Source: Myxococcaceae bacterium
GTDB taxonomy: Bacteria > Myxococcota > Myxococcia > Myxococcales > Myxococcaceae
Direction of reading: 5' to 3'
Assembly (NCBI GenBank): GCA_035637895.1
Contig: DASRBA010000259.1
Span: 6,714-70,713, forward strand
DNA: 64,000 bases
The translations under genes and the position numbers were made by a program. The notes below the pieces were generated by a model. That model was not told the origin of the DNA, made no database searches, and saw only the letters and a program-made list of their open reading frames with translations. Below, piece by piece: positions 39,853-49,269 of the stretch. Each line of letters begins with the position of its first letter. Within the stretch, counting starts at the first letter, position 1.

Positions 39853-41337
39853 TCACGCTCGCTCCACGGCGCGGCGCCACTTGGAGAGGTGGCGGTCGCG
39901 GACGTCCGCGGACATCTTGGGTTTGAAGGTCCGGTCCGCCTTCCACGCCTTGCGGATCTCCTCCGGGCTCTGCCACACACCGGCGCCGAGGCCGCCGAGG
40001 AACGCCGCGCCCAGGCTGGTGGTCTCCAGGTTCTTCGGCCGGATGACCTCCGTCCCCAGCAGGTCCGCCTGGAACTGCATCATCAGGTCGTTCGCCGCCG
40101 CGCCGCCGTCCACCTTGAACGCCGGGATGTCGCGCCCGGAGTCCTTCTTCATCGCCTCCGCCAGGTCGCCGATCTGCAGCGCGATGCCCTCCAGCACCGC
40201 TCGCGCCAGGTGGCCCGCGGTGGTGGACCGGTCGATGCCGCAGAACAACCCGCGCGCCTCCGGCCGCCAGTGCGGCGCGCCCAGCCCCGCCAGCGCCGGC
40301 ACGAACACCACGTCCCCGGACTCCTTCACCGTCATCGCCAGCGCCTCGATCTCCGGCGCCTTCTTGATCAGCTTCAGCCCGTCCCGCAGCCACTGCACCG
40401 CCGCGCCGGCGATGAACGCGGACCCCTCCAGCGCGTAGCTCACCCGGTCGCCCAGCTTCCACGCCACGGTGGTCAGCAGCCCCGCGTTCGACGCCACCGC
40501 CACCTCCCCGGTGTTCATCAGCAGGAACGCGCCCGTCCCGTACGTGCACTTCGCCTCGCCGGGCGCGAAGCACGCCTGCCCGAACAGCGCGGCCTGCTGG
40601 TCCCCCGCCATCCCCGCCACCGGGATGCCGTCCGGGAGCGCCTTCAGCCCTCGCGTCGTCCCGTACACCTCGGCGGACGCCTTCACCTCCGGCAGCACCG
40701 ACTGCGGCACGGAGAACAGCCCGCGCATCTCGTCGTCCCAGGCCAGGGTCTTCAGGTCCAGCAGCAGCGTGCGGCTGGCGTTCGAGACGTCGGTGACGTG
40801 CGACTGGTGGCCAGTCAGCTTGAACACCAGCCAGGTGTCGATGGTGCCGAAGCAGAGCAACCCCTTGTCCGCCCGCTCCCGCGCGCCCTTCACGTTGTCC
40901 AGCAACCACTGGAGCTTCGTCCCGGAGAAGTACGGGTCCAGCACCAGCCCGGTGCGCGCCTTCACCTTGTCGTTCAGCCCGCGCCCGCGCAGCTCGAAGC
41001 ACCGGTCCGAGGTGCGGCGGTCCTGCCAGACGATGGCGTGGTGCACCGGCTTTCCGGTCTCCCGGTGCCACAGCCCCGTCGTCTCGCGCTGGTTGGTGAT
41101 GCCGACGGCGGAGACGTCCTTCCCCTTCACCCCCGCCGCTTTGAGGCACCCGGCGATGCACGCCTCCACGGTCCCCCAGATCTCGAGCAAGTCGTGCTCC
41201 ACCCAACCCGGTTTCGGGAAGATCTGCCTGAACTCGCGGTAGGCTTTGCCCACCACCTTGACCTTCTCGTCCAGCAGCGCCACGTGGGTGCCGGTCGTCC
41301 CCTGGTCGATCGCGAGCACGAACTTCTTCTTGGCCAT
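39853..41337 (-). CDS. glpK: Glycerol kinase
   Basis: MAKKKFVLAIDQGTTGTHVALLDE... N-terminal sugar-kinase motif, GTGAFLLMNTGE, and GGAAANDLMMQFQADLLG FGGY-family motifs. Start trimmed to the ATG at 41337. Confidence 0.93.
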   Translation of the reverse strand: MAKKKFVLAIDQGTTGTHVALLDEKVKVVGKAYREFRQIFPKPGWVEHDLLEIWGTVEACIAGCLKAAGVKGKDVSAVGITNQRETTGLWHRETGKPVHHAIVWQDRRTSDRCFELRGRGLNDKVKARTGLVLDPYFSGTKLQWLLDNVKGARERADKGLLCFGTIDTWLVFKLTGHQSHVTDVSNASRTLLLDLKTLAWDDEMRGLFSVPQSVLPEVKASAEVYGTTRGLKALPDGIPVAGMAGDQQAALFGQACFAPGEAKCTYGTGAFLLMNTGEVAVASNAGLLTTVAWKLGDRVSYALEGSAFIAGAAVQWLRDGLKLIKKAPEIEALAMTVKESGDVVFVPALAGLGAPHWRPEARGLFCGIDRSTTAGHLARAVLEGIALQIGDLAEAMKKDSGRDIPAFKVDGGAAANDLMMQFQADLLGTEVIRPKNLETTSLGAAFLGGLGAGVWQSPEEIRKAWKADRTFKPKMSADVRDRHLSKWRRAVERA

Positions 41338-41352
41338 GGAAGGGCTTCTAAA

Positions 41353-42336
41353 ATGAGGCGTAGCGCTCCGGCAATCCTGCTGCTGTGTCTCTTCGCCTGC
41401 GGCCCCAAGACCATGAAGGCGCGGATGGAGTCCGGCGAGCGCCTGTCCGACCGCGCCGCCGGGGCGCTCGACGACGCCGACAAGGCGCTGGCCAAGGGCG
41501 ACTACGACCGGGCCGACGACCGGCTGAAGGAGGCGGACAAGGCCCTCGCCGACCCGGACGTGATGACCAACCCGGAGTCGGACCTGCTCAAGGGCCGGCT
41601 CACCGACCTCAAGGTGAAGATCCCCGCCGCGCGCAAGCAGCACGAGAAGGAGGAGCTGGCCAAGAAGGTCGCCGCCCGCCGCGAGGTCATCTCCAAGGCG
41701 GTCACCCAGTACCGGCGCGACCTGGCCAAGCTGGACGAGAAGCCGGGGGACCGCGGGGCGCTCCAGGCCGCGCGAGACGCCGGCAAGAAGGTCCACGACG
41801 AGATGGAGTGGGACAAGGACCTCCCGCAGAAGGACGCGGAGTTCAAGGGCTACCTGGACGGCCTCCGCCAGGACCTCCAGGACGGCGACAAGGCGGTCGC
41901 CACCGCGGAGAAGGCGATGGCGTACATCGACGGGCCGGTGAAGGCGCGCGACGACGCGGCCGCGGCCCTGACCAAGGCCAAGGCGGAGAAGGACCCGGCC
42001 GAGAAGCTGAAGCAGCTCACCGACGTGGAGGACGGCTTCAAGCGCTGCGTCTCCGACAGCGAGAAGGCGTTCGCCGACGCGCCGGCGCTGGAGAAGGCGA
42101 CGGTGGTCGCTTCACCCAAGCCGCTCACCGGGGCGCTGGTGGTCAAGGACTGCAAGGCGCAGGAGACCGTCACCGGGAAGCTGTTGGTCTACGCGAAGAA
42201 GGCCGCCGACCTCGCCGCCAAGAAGGCGGAGGTCGCCAAGAAGAAGGCCGAGCTGGCGGAGAAGAAGAAGGCCGCCGCCGAGGCGAAGAAGGCCGCGGCG
42301 GACGCGAAGAAGAAGTCCCGCGCCAGCGCGAAGTGA
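41353..42336 (+). CDS. Lipoprotein with coiled-coil body and Lys/Ala-rich histone-H1-like C-terminal tail
   Basis: MRRSAPAILLLCLFACGPK lipobox. C-terminus KKAEVAKKKAELAEKKKAAAEAKKAAADAKKK. Confidence 0.75.
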   Translation: MRRSAPAILLLCLFACGPKTMKARMESGERLSDRAAGALDDADKALAKGDYDRADDRLKEADKALADPDVMTNPESDLLKGRLTDLKVKIPAARKQHEKEELAKKVAARREVISKAVTQYRRDLAKLDEKPGDRGALQAARDAGKKVHDEMEWDKDLPQKDAEFKGYLDGLRQDLQDGDKAVATAEKAMAYIDGPVKARDDAAAALTKAKAEKDPAEKLKQLTDVEDGFKRCVSDSEKAFADAPALEKATVVASPKPLTGALVVKDCKAQETVTGKLLVYAKKAADLAAKKAEVAKKKAELAEKKKAAAEAKKAAADAKKKSRASAK

Positions 42337-42353
42337 GCGCACCCGGGTGAGCC

Positions 42354-43148
42354 TCAGGCGCCGCTCCGCGCGCGGTCGAAGAACTCGCCCATCTCGACCG
42401 CCAGCAGCTCGCCGCCCTTGTCGCGCGGGAGGATGTGCGCGCCCTCGGTGAGGCGGATGAAGCGGACGGACGGGGCCTTCACCAGGCCGCGCACCAGCTC
42501 GCGGGCGCCGGCCTGGTCCACCACGTTGTCCCGGTCCGCCACCGCCACGAAGACCGGCGCCTGCACCAGCGGGAGCGACTCCCGCGCCAGCTTCTGCAGC
42601 GTGAAGACGTCGCGCAGCCGGGCGATGGGGAACCACGGGAGGATGGGCGCCTGGGCGCGCACCGCCTTGTCCTCGATGTCCGTCCCGGTCTTCTCCACGG
42701 TGGGCTTCACCAACTCCCACACCGGCCAGCGCTGGAACCGTTCCAGCAGGCGGACGTCGCGGCCCAGGAAGCGCAGGGCCGGCGCCATCAGCCCCAGCGC
42801 GCTCACCCGCTCCTGGTGGCGCGCCGCCAGCACCACCGCCAGGAGCGCGCCCACCGAGAGCCCGGCGACGAACACGTTCCGGTAGGGCGCCAGCGCGCGC
42901 AGGGCGTCCTCCGCCGCCTGCTCCCAGTCGCGGTGGCTGACCGCGGTCATCGCCTCCGGGGTGGTGCCGTGGCCGGGCAGGCGGATGGCGCGCACGAACA
43001 TCCCGCGCGCGGCGAGGCGCTCCCCCAGCGGGCGCACGTCCCACGGGCTCCCGGTGAAGCCGTGGAGCAGAAGGCAGGCGTCGTCCCCCGAGCCCAGCTC
43101 GAAGGGAGCGGTCTTCTCCGGGTCCATCCGTTCCGCGTCCAAGCGCAC
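42354..43148 (-). CDS. Alpha/beta hydrolase (esterase / lysophospholipase-like)
   Basis: CLLLHGFTGSP near the N-terminus. Nucleophile elbow GLSVG (GxSxG) in VFVAGLSVGALLAVVLAARH. Confidence 0.85.
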   Translation of the reverse strand: MRLDAERMDPEKTAPFELGSGDDACLLLHGFTGSPWDVRPLGERLAARGMFVRAIRLPGHGTTPEAMTAVSHRDWEQAAEDALRALAPYRNVFVAGLSVGALLAVVLAARHQERVSALGLMAPALRFLGRDVRLLERFQRWPVWELVKPTVEKTGTDIEDKAVRAQAPILPWFPIARLRDVFTLQKLARESLPLVQAPVFVAVADRDNVVDQAGARELVRGLVKAPSVRFIRLTEGAHILPRDKGGELLAVEMGEFFDRARSGA

Positions 43149-43200
43149 GCCTGGCGCGCCACGCTAGCAACGGACGGCTCGCCCGAGATATGGACTCGTC

Positions 43201-43491
43201 ATGGCGGACACCCCCAAGCCGGCAGAGATCCAACTGCAGATCCAGCTCGACGAGGACATCGCGCTCGGCCACTACTGCAACATGGCCCTGGTGAACCACA
43301 CCGAGACGGAGTTCACCCTGGACTTCATCTACGTGCAGCCCCAGCAGCCCAAGGCCAAGGTCCGCTCGCGGATCATCACCAACCCCAAGCACATGAAGCG
43401 GCTGATGCTGGCGATGCAGGACAACCTCGCCAAGTTCGAGTCGAAGTTCGGGGTGATCGAGCTGCTGGAGAACGACAACCCGGTCCACTGA
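43201..43491 (+). CDS. Small conserved protein (DUF3467-like)
   Basis: 96-aa ORF NMALVNHTETEFTLDFIYVQPQ, recalled as DUF3467-type. Confidence 0.7.
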   Translation: MADTPKPAEIQLQIQLDEDIALGHYCNMALVNHTETEFTLDFIYVQPQQPKAKVRSRIITNPKHMKRLMLAMQDNLAKFESKFGVIELLENDNPVH

Positions 43492-44264
43492 TGCGCGCGT
43501 TCCTCGCCGTCCTGGTCCTCGCCCTCCCGGCCGCTGCGCCGGCCGAGGATGTCAACCTCGAGTCCTCCGACTGCAACGCCCACGGCGTGGCGCTCTATCC
43601 ACCGCCGTCCTCCGTCATCCCCACCAACGCCCGGCTGTTCCTGGAGGGGGTGGGCGTGGAGGTGCGGCGGGTGCAGGCGCTGGAGGGGGACGCCATCCTC
43701 GCGCGGGCGGGGGACGACGCGGTGCCGTTCCAGGTGCAGTTCGCGTGGCGGAGCGGGATGAACCGGGTGGCGATGCTGCTCAAGCCGCGCGCGCTGCTGA
43801 AGGCGAACCGGACGTACGCGCTGAACCTGCGGGCCAAGCTGCCCGGCTTCCACTTCCTGGACGGCAGCGACGGCGAGCCGGCCTACCTCACCGGGAAGGG
43901 ACCGGACGACCAGAAGCCGGAGTGGGTCTCCTCCCCCAGCGTGAGCGAGGGCATCTACCGCAAGTGGGACGAGAAGACGTTCACCCGCTTCCTCCGGTTC
44001 AACGTGAAGCTGAACGAGGTCAGCCCGGCGTACCTGGTGCTCTCGCTCCAGCGCGCGCGGGGGAGCGTGGTGAAGCAGACGTACTTCCTGCCGGTGATGG
44101 ACGACCAGGTGTTGGTGGGCCACGACGGGTGCAGCGGGAGATTCCTGCTGGAGGACGGGCGCGCGTACCGGGGGGAGTTCCAGGTCTTCGACATCGCCGG
44201 CAACGAGGGCGTCAGGCTGAAGCCGATGGAGTTCAACGCGCCGAAAGAGGTCGGGGTGCCGTGA
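43491..44264 (+). CDS. Secreted hypothetical protein
   Basis: ATG overlaps the upstream stop (TGATG). MRAFLAVLVLALPAAAPA signal peptide. Protein-like composition. Confidence 0.72.
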   Translation: MRAFLAVLVLALPAAAPAEDVNLESSDCNAHGVALYPPPSSVIPTNARLFLEGVGVEVRRVQALEGDAILARAGDDAVPFQVQFAWRSGMNRVAMLLKPRALLKANRTYALNLRAKLPGFHFLDGSDGEPAYLTGKGPDDQKPEWVSSPSVSEGIYRKWDEKTFTRFLRFNVKLNEVSPAYLVLSLQRARGSVVKQTYFLPVMDDQVLVGHDGCSGRFLLEDGRAYRGEFQVFDIAGNEGVRLKPMEFNAPKEVGVP

Positions 44265-45151
44265 CGGACCCGGAGTCGATCAAGGCGCGGATGGAGCCGT
44301 ACCTCCAGGCGCTGCAGGACGAGATCTGCGCGGCGCTGGAGCAGCTGGACGGGAAGGGGAAGTTCAAGGAGGACCTCTGGACGCGGGAGGGCGGCGGCGG
44401 TGGGCGGACGCGGGTGATGGAGGAGGGTGCCGTCTTCGAGCGCGCGGGCATCGGCTTCTCCGCGGTGCACGGCGAGCTGTCCGAGCAGTTCGCCAAGCGG
44501 CTCCAGGGGCAGGGGCGGTCGTTCTACGCCACCGGGGTGTCGCTGGTGTTCCACCCGCGCAGCCCGCTGGTGCCCACGGTGCACGCCAACTTCCGGTTCA
44601 TCCACCAGGGCGGCAAGGCGTGGTTCGGCGGCGGGGCGGACCTGACGCCGTACTACCTGGAGGAGGAGGACGCGCGGCACTTCCACCGGACCCTGAAGGC
44701 CGCGTGCGACCGGCACGACCCGGCGTACTACGCGCGGTTCAAGAAGGTCTGCGACGACTACTTCCTGGTGAAGCACCGCGGGGAGCGGCGGGGCGTGGGC
44801 GGGCTGTTCTTCGAGGACGTGGGCGGGGACCTGGAGAAGGAGTTGGCCTTCGTGCAGGACTGCGGGAAGGCGTTCCTCCCGGCGTACCTGCCCATCGTGG
44901 AGCGGCGGAAGGACCTGCCGTACACGGACGCGCAGCGGGCGTGGCAGGAGATCCGCCGCGGGCGGTACGTGGAGTTCAACCTGGTCTATGACCGCGGGAC
45001 GACGTTCGGGCTGGAGACCGGCGGGCGCACCGAGTCCATCCTGATGTCCCTGCCGCCGCGCGTCCGCTGGGTCTACGACTACCGGCCGGCGGAGGGCAGC
45101 CCGGAGGCCAGGCTGCTGGACGTGCTGAGAACGCCCCGCGAGTGGGCGTAG
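44261..45151 (+). CDS. hemF: Oxygen-dependent coproporphyrinogen III oxidase
   Basis: GTG start overlapping the upstream stop. LQDEICAALEQLDG...WTREGGGGGRTRVMEEGAVFERAGIGFS...HANFRFIH...YFLVKHRGERRGVGGLFFED are HemF signature stretches. 297 aa. Confidence 0.9.
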   Translation: MTDPESIKARMEPYLQALQDEICAALEQLDGKGKFKEDLWTREGGGGGRTRVMEEGAVFERAGIGFSAVHGELSEQFAKRLQGQGRSFYATGVSLVFHPRSPLVPTVHANFRFIHQGGKAWFGGGADLTPYYLEEEDARHFHRTLKAACDRHDPAYYARFKKVCDDYFLVKHRGERRGVGGLFFEDVGGDLEKELAFVQDCGKAFLPAYLPIVERRKDLPYTDAQRAWQEIRRGRYVEFNLVYDRGTTFGLETGGRTESILMSLPPRVRWVYDYRPAEGSPEARLLDVLRTPREWA

Positions 45152-45184
45152 TACGATTCACCCGTCGCGGCCGGCGGGTGACGC

Positions 45185-46240
45185 ATGAGCGATCTCAAGA
45201 TCCCAGGCGCACAGATCCAGCTCCCCATCGGGAACGCGGGCGGCGAGGTCCAGCTCCCCGCGGTGGCGAAGAAGCTGGAGGCGCCGCCGCTGCTGCCCGG
45301 CGGACTGGCGGACGCGTTCAAGGGCATCGTCCAGCAGGCGGCGAACGCCGGCGCCGCGCTCACGGGGCAGGCGCTGGGGCTCCCGCTGTCGGCCGCGGAG
45401 CTCGCGGTCCAGGCGAAGCAGATCGCCAACCCGGGCGACGTCCAGGGCGCTTTCCACGGCGCCTTCGCCGTCATCAAGGACCAGCTCCTCGACCACCCGG
45501 CCCTGAACAAGGAGGAGCTGGGCCAGCGCGCCAACGAGTTCTTCACCGAATACGCCCAGCAGTTCGTCCAGACCGCCTCCGAGCCGCCGCCTCCACCACC
45601 CCCGCCGCCCGGCGACCAGGCGCAGCCGCAACCGCAGCCGGAGCCACAGCAGCCACCGCCGCAGCAACAGCAATCGGAGCGCCCCCTCACCCAGGAACAG
45701 CAGAACACCCTCGCGCGTGAGTTCGCCGATTCGCTCAAGGGTCTCGGCTTCGGCGCGCTGAAGAACCTGGCCAACGGGAAGGACGGCGTGGAGAACGCCT
45801 TCCAGCTCCTCTCCGCGGAGGGGAAGCAGGAGCTCGAGGCGCTCGCCAAGGAGCAGAAGATCGTCATCGAGGGGACGTTCCCGCCCCGGCCGGAAGGGGA
45901 GATCGACATCCCCGACGCGCGGCCCACCGCCGCTCCGGACCAGCCCGCCGCCCCGACGACCGACGCCACCACCCCCGGCACCCAGGCGGAAGGGGCTCAG
46001 GTCCCCGAGGAGGTGAACCTCCCCGGCAACCGCCCCCAGGAAGAAGAGGAGGACGAGGACATCGGCAAGCGGAAGAAGAAGCCGGGCAAGAACATCCTCT
46101 GGAGCGTCCTCGGCACCCTCCGCCGCAAGGACGAGCAGGTGCGCCAGGCCGAGGAGAAGTGGGACCGGGTGGTCGTCGCCGGCCTGCTGTTCCTCCTGCT
46201 CCTCACGCTCCTCACCGTCGCGCTGGTCAGCCTGGACTGA
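45185..46240 (+). CDS. Hypothetical tail-anchored membrane protein with Pro/Gln-rich linker
   Basis: PPPPPPPPPGDQAQPQPQPEPQQPPPQQQQ low-complexity linker. C-terminal TM VVVAGLLFLLLLTLLTVALVSL. Confidence 0.7.
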   Translation: MSDLKIPGAQIQLPIGNAGGEVQLPAVAKKLEAPPLLPGGLADAFKGIVQQAANAGAALTGQALGLPLSAAELAVQAKQIANPGDVQGAFHGAFAVIKDQLLDHPALNKEELGQRANEFFTEYAQQFVQTASEPPPPPPPPPGDQAQPQPQPEPQQPPPQQQQSERPLTQEQQNTLAREFADSLKGLGFGALKNLANGKDGVENAFQLLSAEGKQELEALAKEQKIVIEGTFPPRPEGEIDIPDARPTAAPDQPAAPTTDATTPGTQAEGAQVPEEVNLPGNRPQEEEEDEDIGKRKKKPGKNILWSVLGTLRRKDEQVRQAEEKWDRVVVAGLLFLLLLTLLTVALVSLD

Positions 46241-46266
46241 GTTGACAGCCGCAGTCCCCGGTATTA

Positions 46267-46282
46267 TTGGTTGGTCAACCAA
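46267..46282. promoter_or_regulatory. Perfect 7-bp inverted repeat TTGGTTG-GT-CAACCAA, 8 nt upstream of the TetR start. Candidate TetR operator
   Basis: Read directly from the sequence. Sits within GTATTATTGGTTGGTCAACCAACTCAATTATG. Confidence 0.6.
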
Positions 46283-46289
46283 CTCAATT

Positions 46290-46895
46290 ATGGCGCGACC
46301 CTCGAACACCGACGAACGCAGGGAGCAGATCACCCAGGCGCTGGTGAAGGTGATGGCCAAGCGCGGCTACGACGGCGCGTCCATCGGGGACATCGCCAAG
46401 GCCGCTCGCCTGACGCCCGGCCTGGTCCACTACCACTTCAAGAGCAAGCAGGAGATCCTCCTCGAAGCCCTGCGCCTGCTGGTGGTCCGCCACGAGTCGC
46501 GGCTGGAGGCCCGGCTGGCGACGGTGGAGGGTGACCCCGGGGCGGAGGTGGCCGCGTTCATCGACGTCCACCTCGGGTTGGGCGCGGACGCGGACCCGGA
46601 GGCGCTGGCCTGTTGGATCCTCCTCAGCGGGGAAGCGCTCCGCGAGCCGAAGGTCCGGACGGAGTACGCCGGCGAGCTGGAGCGGCTGGCCAAGCGGCTG
46701 GCGGCGATCATCCGCCGGGGCATCCAGAGCGGCGCCTTCGGTTGCGCTCCGGCCGAGGCGGACGCGGCGGCGGGTGCCCTGGTCGCCACCATCCAGGGCT
46801 ATTTCACGCTCGCGGCCACCGCGCGCTCGGTCATCCCCAAGGGGTCTGCGGCGGCTTCCACCAAGAAGATGGCGCGGGGGCTCCTCAATGGCTGA
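46290..46895 (+). CDS. TetR family transcriptional regulator
   Basis: REQITQALVKVMAKRGYDGASIGDIAKAARLTPGLVHYHFKSKQEIL is an HTH of TetR type. Start trimmed to the ATG at 46290. Confidence 0.9.
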   Translation: MARPSNTDERREQITQALVKVMAKRGYDGASIGDIAKAARLTPGLVHYHFKSKQEILLEALRLLVVRHESRLEARLATVEGDPGAEVAAFIDVHLGLGADADPEALACWILLSGEALREPKVRTEYAGELERLAKRLAAIIRRGIQSGAFGCAPAEADAAAGALVATIQGYFTLAATARSVIPKGSAAASTKKMARGLLNG

Positions 46896-47637
46896 CGCAT
46901 TCCAGGTGATCGTCCTCGGCGCCGGAGACACCTTCTCCGAGCACCACCGCCCCTCCTCGCTCCTCCTCCGCTGCGGCGGCGCCTCCCTCGCCGTCGACTG
47001 CCCGGACATGTACCGGTCCGTCCTGCGCGAGGCGTCCGAGCGCTCCAACGCGAACCTCGACCTCACCGCCATCGACCAGGTCCTCATCACCCACGTCCAC
47101 GGCGACCACATGAACGGCCTGGAGGGCGTGGCCTTCTTCAAGCACTTCGCCGAAGGGAAGCGGCTGCGCTTGGTCACCTCCCCCGAGGTCCGCGCGTCCA
47201 TCTGGGACGAGCGCCTCAAGGCCCCCATGGGCGTCCTCTGGGACGGCGAGCGCCACCGGCAGCTCGGCTTCGACGACTACTTCGAGCACGTGCCGCTCGA
47301 CTGGGCCCAGCCCCTCACCCTGGGCCCCTTCCGGATCCGCGCCCGCCGCACCGTCCACCACGTCCCTACCAGCGCGCTCCTCGTCGAGGCCGGCGGCCGC
47401 ACCTTCGGATACTCCGCCGACACCGCCTTCGACCCGACGCTGATCGACTTCCTCTCCGCCGCGGACCTCATCCTCCACGAGACCAACCTCGGCCCCGCGC
47501 ACACGCCCTACGAATCCCTCGCCGCCCTCCCCGCGGACCTCCGGGCGCGGATGCGGCTCATCCACTACCCGGACGGGTTCGACATCGCCTCCAGCGCCAT
47601 CGCCGCGGTCCAGGAAGGACAGGTGCTCACGCCATGA
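46888..47637 (+). CDS. MBL-fold metallo-hydrolase
   Basis: ITHVHGDHMNGL (HxHxDH). Overlaps the TetR 3' end by 8 nt. Confidence 0.85.
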   Translation: MADAFQVIVLGAGDTFSEHHRPSSLLLRCGGASLAVDCPDMYRSVLREASERSNANLDLTAIDQVLITHVHGDHMNGLEGVAFFKHFAEGKRLRLVTSPEVRASIWDERLKAPMGVLWDGERHRQLGFDDYFEHVPLDWAQPLTLGPFRIRARRTVHHVPTSALLVEAGGRTFGYSADTAFDPTLIDFLSAADLILHETNLGPAHTPYESLAALPADLRARMRLIHYPDGFDIASSAIAAVQEGQVLTP

Positions 47638-48557
47638 CGTTCCTCCGCTGGTACTTCGCCGCCCAGCCCGACGAGTGGCTGCTCCGCATCCGCAACGGAC
47701 GCCTCATCGAGGCCGGCGTGGGCATCTCCCTCTGGCGCCGCCCCGGCGACGTCGTGGTCCGCTTCACCAGCACCGTCCAGCGGGTCTCCTTCTCCGTCTC
47801 CGCGCTCAGCCGCGAGCGCATCCCCACCCTCCTCGAAGGCTTCATCCTCTGGTCCGTCTCTCCCGACGGCGACGGCCCCTTCCGCGCCTTCCAGAAGCTG
47901 GGCGTGGTGAACCTGGACGCGCCGCCGAGGGACCTCAAGAGCCCCAAGCACCTGCTCTCCACTCCGCAGCACCGCGCCTTCCAGCAGCTCCTCGGCGCGA
48001 TGGTGCAGAGGCTCGCCGCGCTGCGCCCGCTGGACGAGCTGCTGGGGGACCAGAAGGCGCTGGTGGAGACGCTCGTCCGCCACCTGGCGCCGCTCGAACA
48101 AGACCTGGGCGCCCGCGTCGAGCGCGTGGAGCTCCTCCAGGTCCGCCCCCAGGACGACGTCCTCCTCCGCGAGCTCTCCGGCGAGGCCCGCGCCCAGTCC
48201 CGCCGGCAGGAGCTGGAGCGGGAGCACGCGCTCCGCCTGGCCGAGGAGGCGAACGCCCTCAAGCTCCAGCAAGCCGCCCAGGCCCGCGAGGACCTCGTGC
48301 TCGAAGCCCGCCTGGACCGCACCCGGCGCGAGGCGGAGGCGAACCGGGACGCCATCGCCGCCGTCGCCGCCGCCGAGGAGCAGAAGTCGGCGGCCGTCCG
48401 GGACCACGAGCTGTCGCGCCTGGTGGCGGAGAAGGTGGGAGAGGCGCTCAAGGTCCTGCCGCTCAAGGACGCCCGCTGGGTGACCGTCAGCCCGGACACG
48501 CCCGCCGGCAGCCTGGCGGCGCTCATCGAGAGCACGCGCGCGGCCATCTCCCGCTAG
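47634..48557 (+). CDS. Hypothetical protein with C-terminal coiled-coil (possibly SPFH/band-7-like)
   Basis: ATGA overlap with the upstream stop. N-terminal beta-rich part, then RQELEREHALRLAEEANALKLQQAAQAREDL coiled coil. Confidence 0.7.
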   Translation: MTFLRWYFAAQPDEWLLRIRNGRLIEAGVGISLWRRPGDVVVRFTSTVQRVSFSVSALSRERIPTLLEGFILWSVSPDGDGPFRAFQKLGVVNLDAPPRDLKSPKHLLSTPQHRAFQQLLGAMVQRLAALRPLDELLGDQKALVETLVRHLAPLEQDLGARVERVELLQVRPQDDVLLRELSGEARAQSRRQELEREHALRLAEEANALKLQQAAQAREDLVLEARLDRTRREAEANRDAIAAVAAAEEQKSAAVRDHELSRLVAEKVGEALKVLPLKDARWVTVSPDTPAGSLAALIESTRAAISR

Positions 48558-48591
48558 ACGCGCCCAGGCTCGCTGGTAAGGTGCCGCGCCG

Positions 48592-49209
48592 GTGGCCACC
48601 GACGACCTCACGCTCGTCAAGCGCGTCAAGACCGGCGACCAGCGGGCGTTCAAGCTCCTCGTCGAGCGCTACCAGCGGAAGATCTACGCCGTCGCCCTCG
48701 GGATGGTGAAGGACAAGGAGGAGGCCCTCGACGTCTCCCAGGAGGCCTTCGTCAAGGTCTACAAGTACCTGGACCACTTCAAGGGCGACTCCAGCTTCTA
48801 CACGTGGCTGTACCGCATCACCGTCAACATCTGCATCGACGCGCTGCGGAAGAAGCAGGCCCTGCGCGGCGAGCAGGTGGAGCTGGACGAGGCGGTGAAG
48901 ATGGACACCGCGGAGGCCAACATCGGCGCGCTCGGCTCGCGCCTGGGGACCAACCCCCAGAAGAGCGCCCTCCGGAAGGAGCTGGCGGAGAAGATCCAGC
49001 AGGCGCTCGAGACCGTGCCCGAGAAGCACCGCGCCATCCTCCTGCTCCGCGAGGTGGAGGGGATGAGCTACGAGGACCTCTCCCGGACCCTCCAGATCCC
49101 CAAGGGAACGGTCATGTCCCGCCTCTTCCACGCCCGGACCAAGGTCCAGAAAATCCTCAGCGAATACCTGGAGTTGGACGAATCGAAGAGCGGGCTGGGG
49201 AATGAGTAA
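48592..49209 (+). CDS. ECF-type RNA polymerase sigma factor (sigma-24/RpoE-like)
   Basis: GTG start. Region 2 (EALDVSQEAFVKVYKYLDHF...FYTWLYRITVN) and region 4 (LLLREVEGMSYEDLSRTLQIPKGTVMSRLFHAR). Confidence 0.9.
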   Translation: MATDDLTLVKRVKTGDQRAFKLLVERYQRKIYAVALGMVKDKEEALDVSQEAFVKVYKYLDHFKGDSSFYTWLYRITVNICIDALRKKQALRGEQVELDEAVKMDTAEANIGALGSRLGTNPQKSALRKELAEKIQQALETVPEKHRAILLLREVEGMSYEDLSRTLQIPKGTVMSRLFHARTKVQKILSEYLELDESKSGLGNE

Positions 49210-49269
49210 AAGGTTAAAGAAATATCGGCCGCGGGGCTCCGTCACACCACTGGATCCAGAGGTGTCGCC

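Noticed and set aside
39889-42336. 815-aa plus-strand ORF spanning glpK antisense through the lipoprotein gene
   Set aside because: Only the last 327 codons (41353..42336) look protein-like (lipobox signal). The upstream 490 codons are antisense to glpK.
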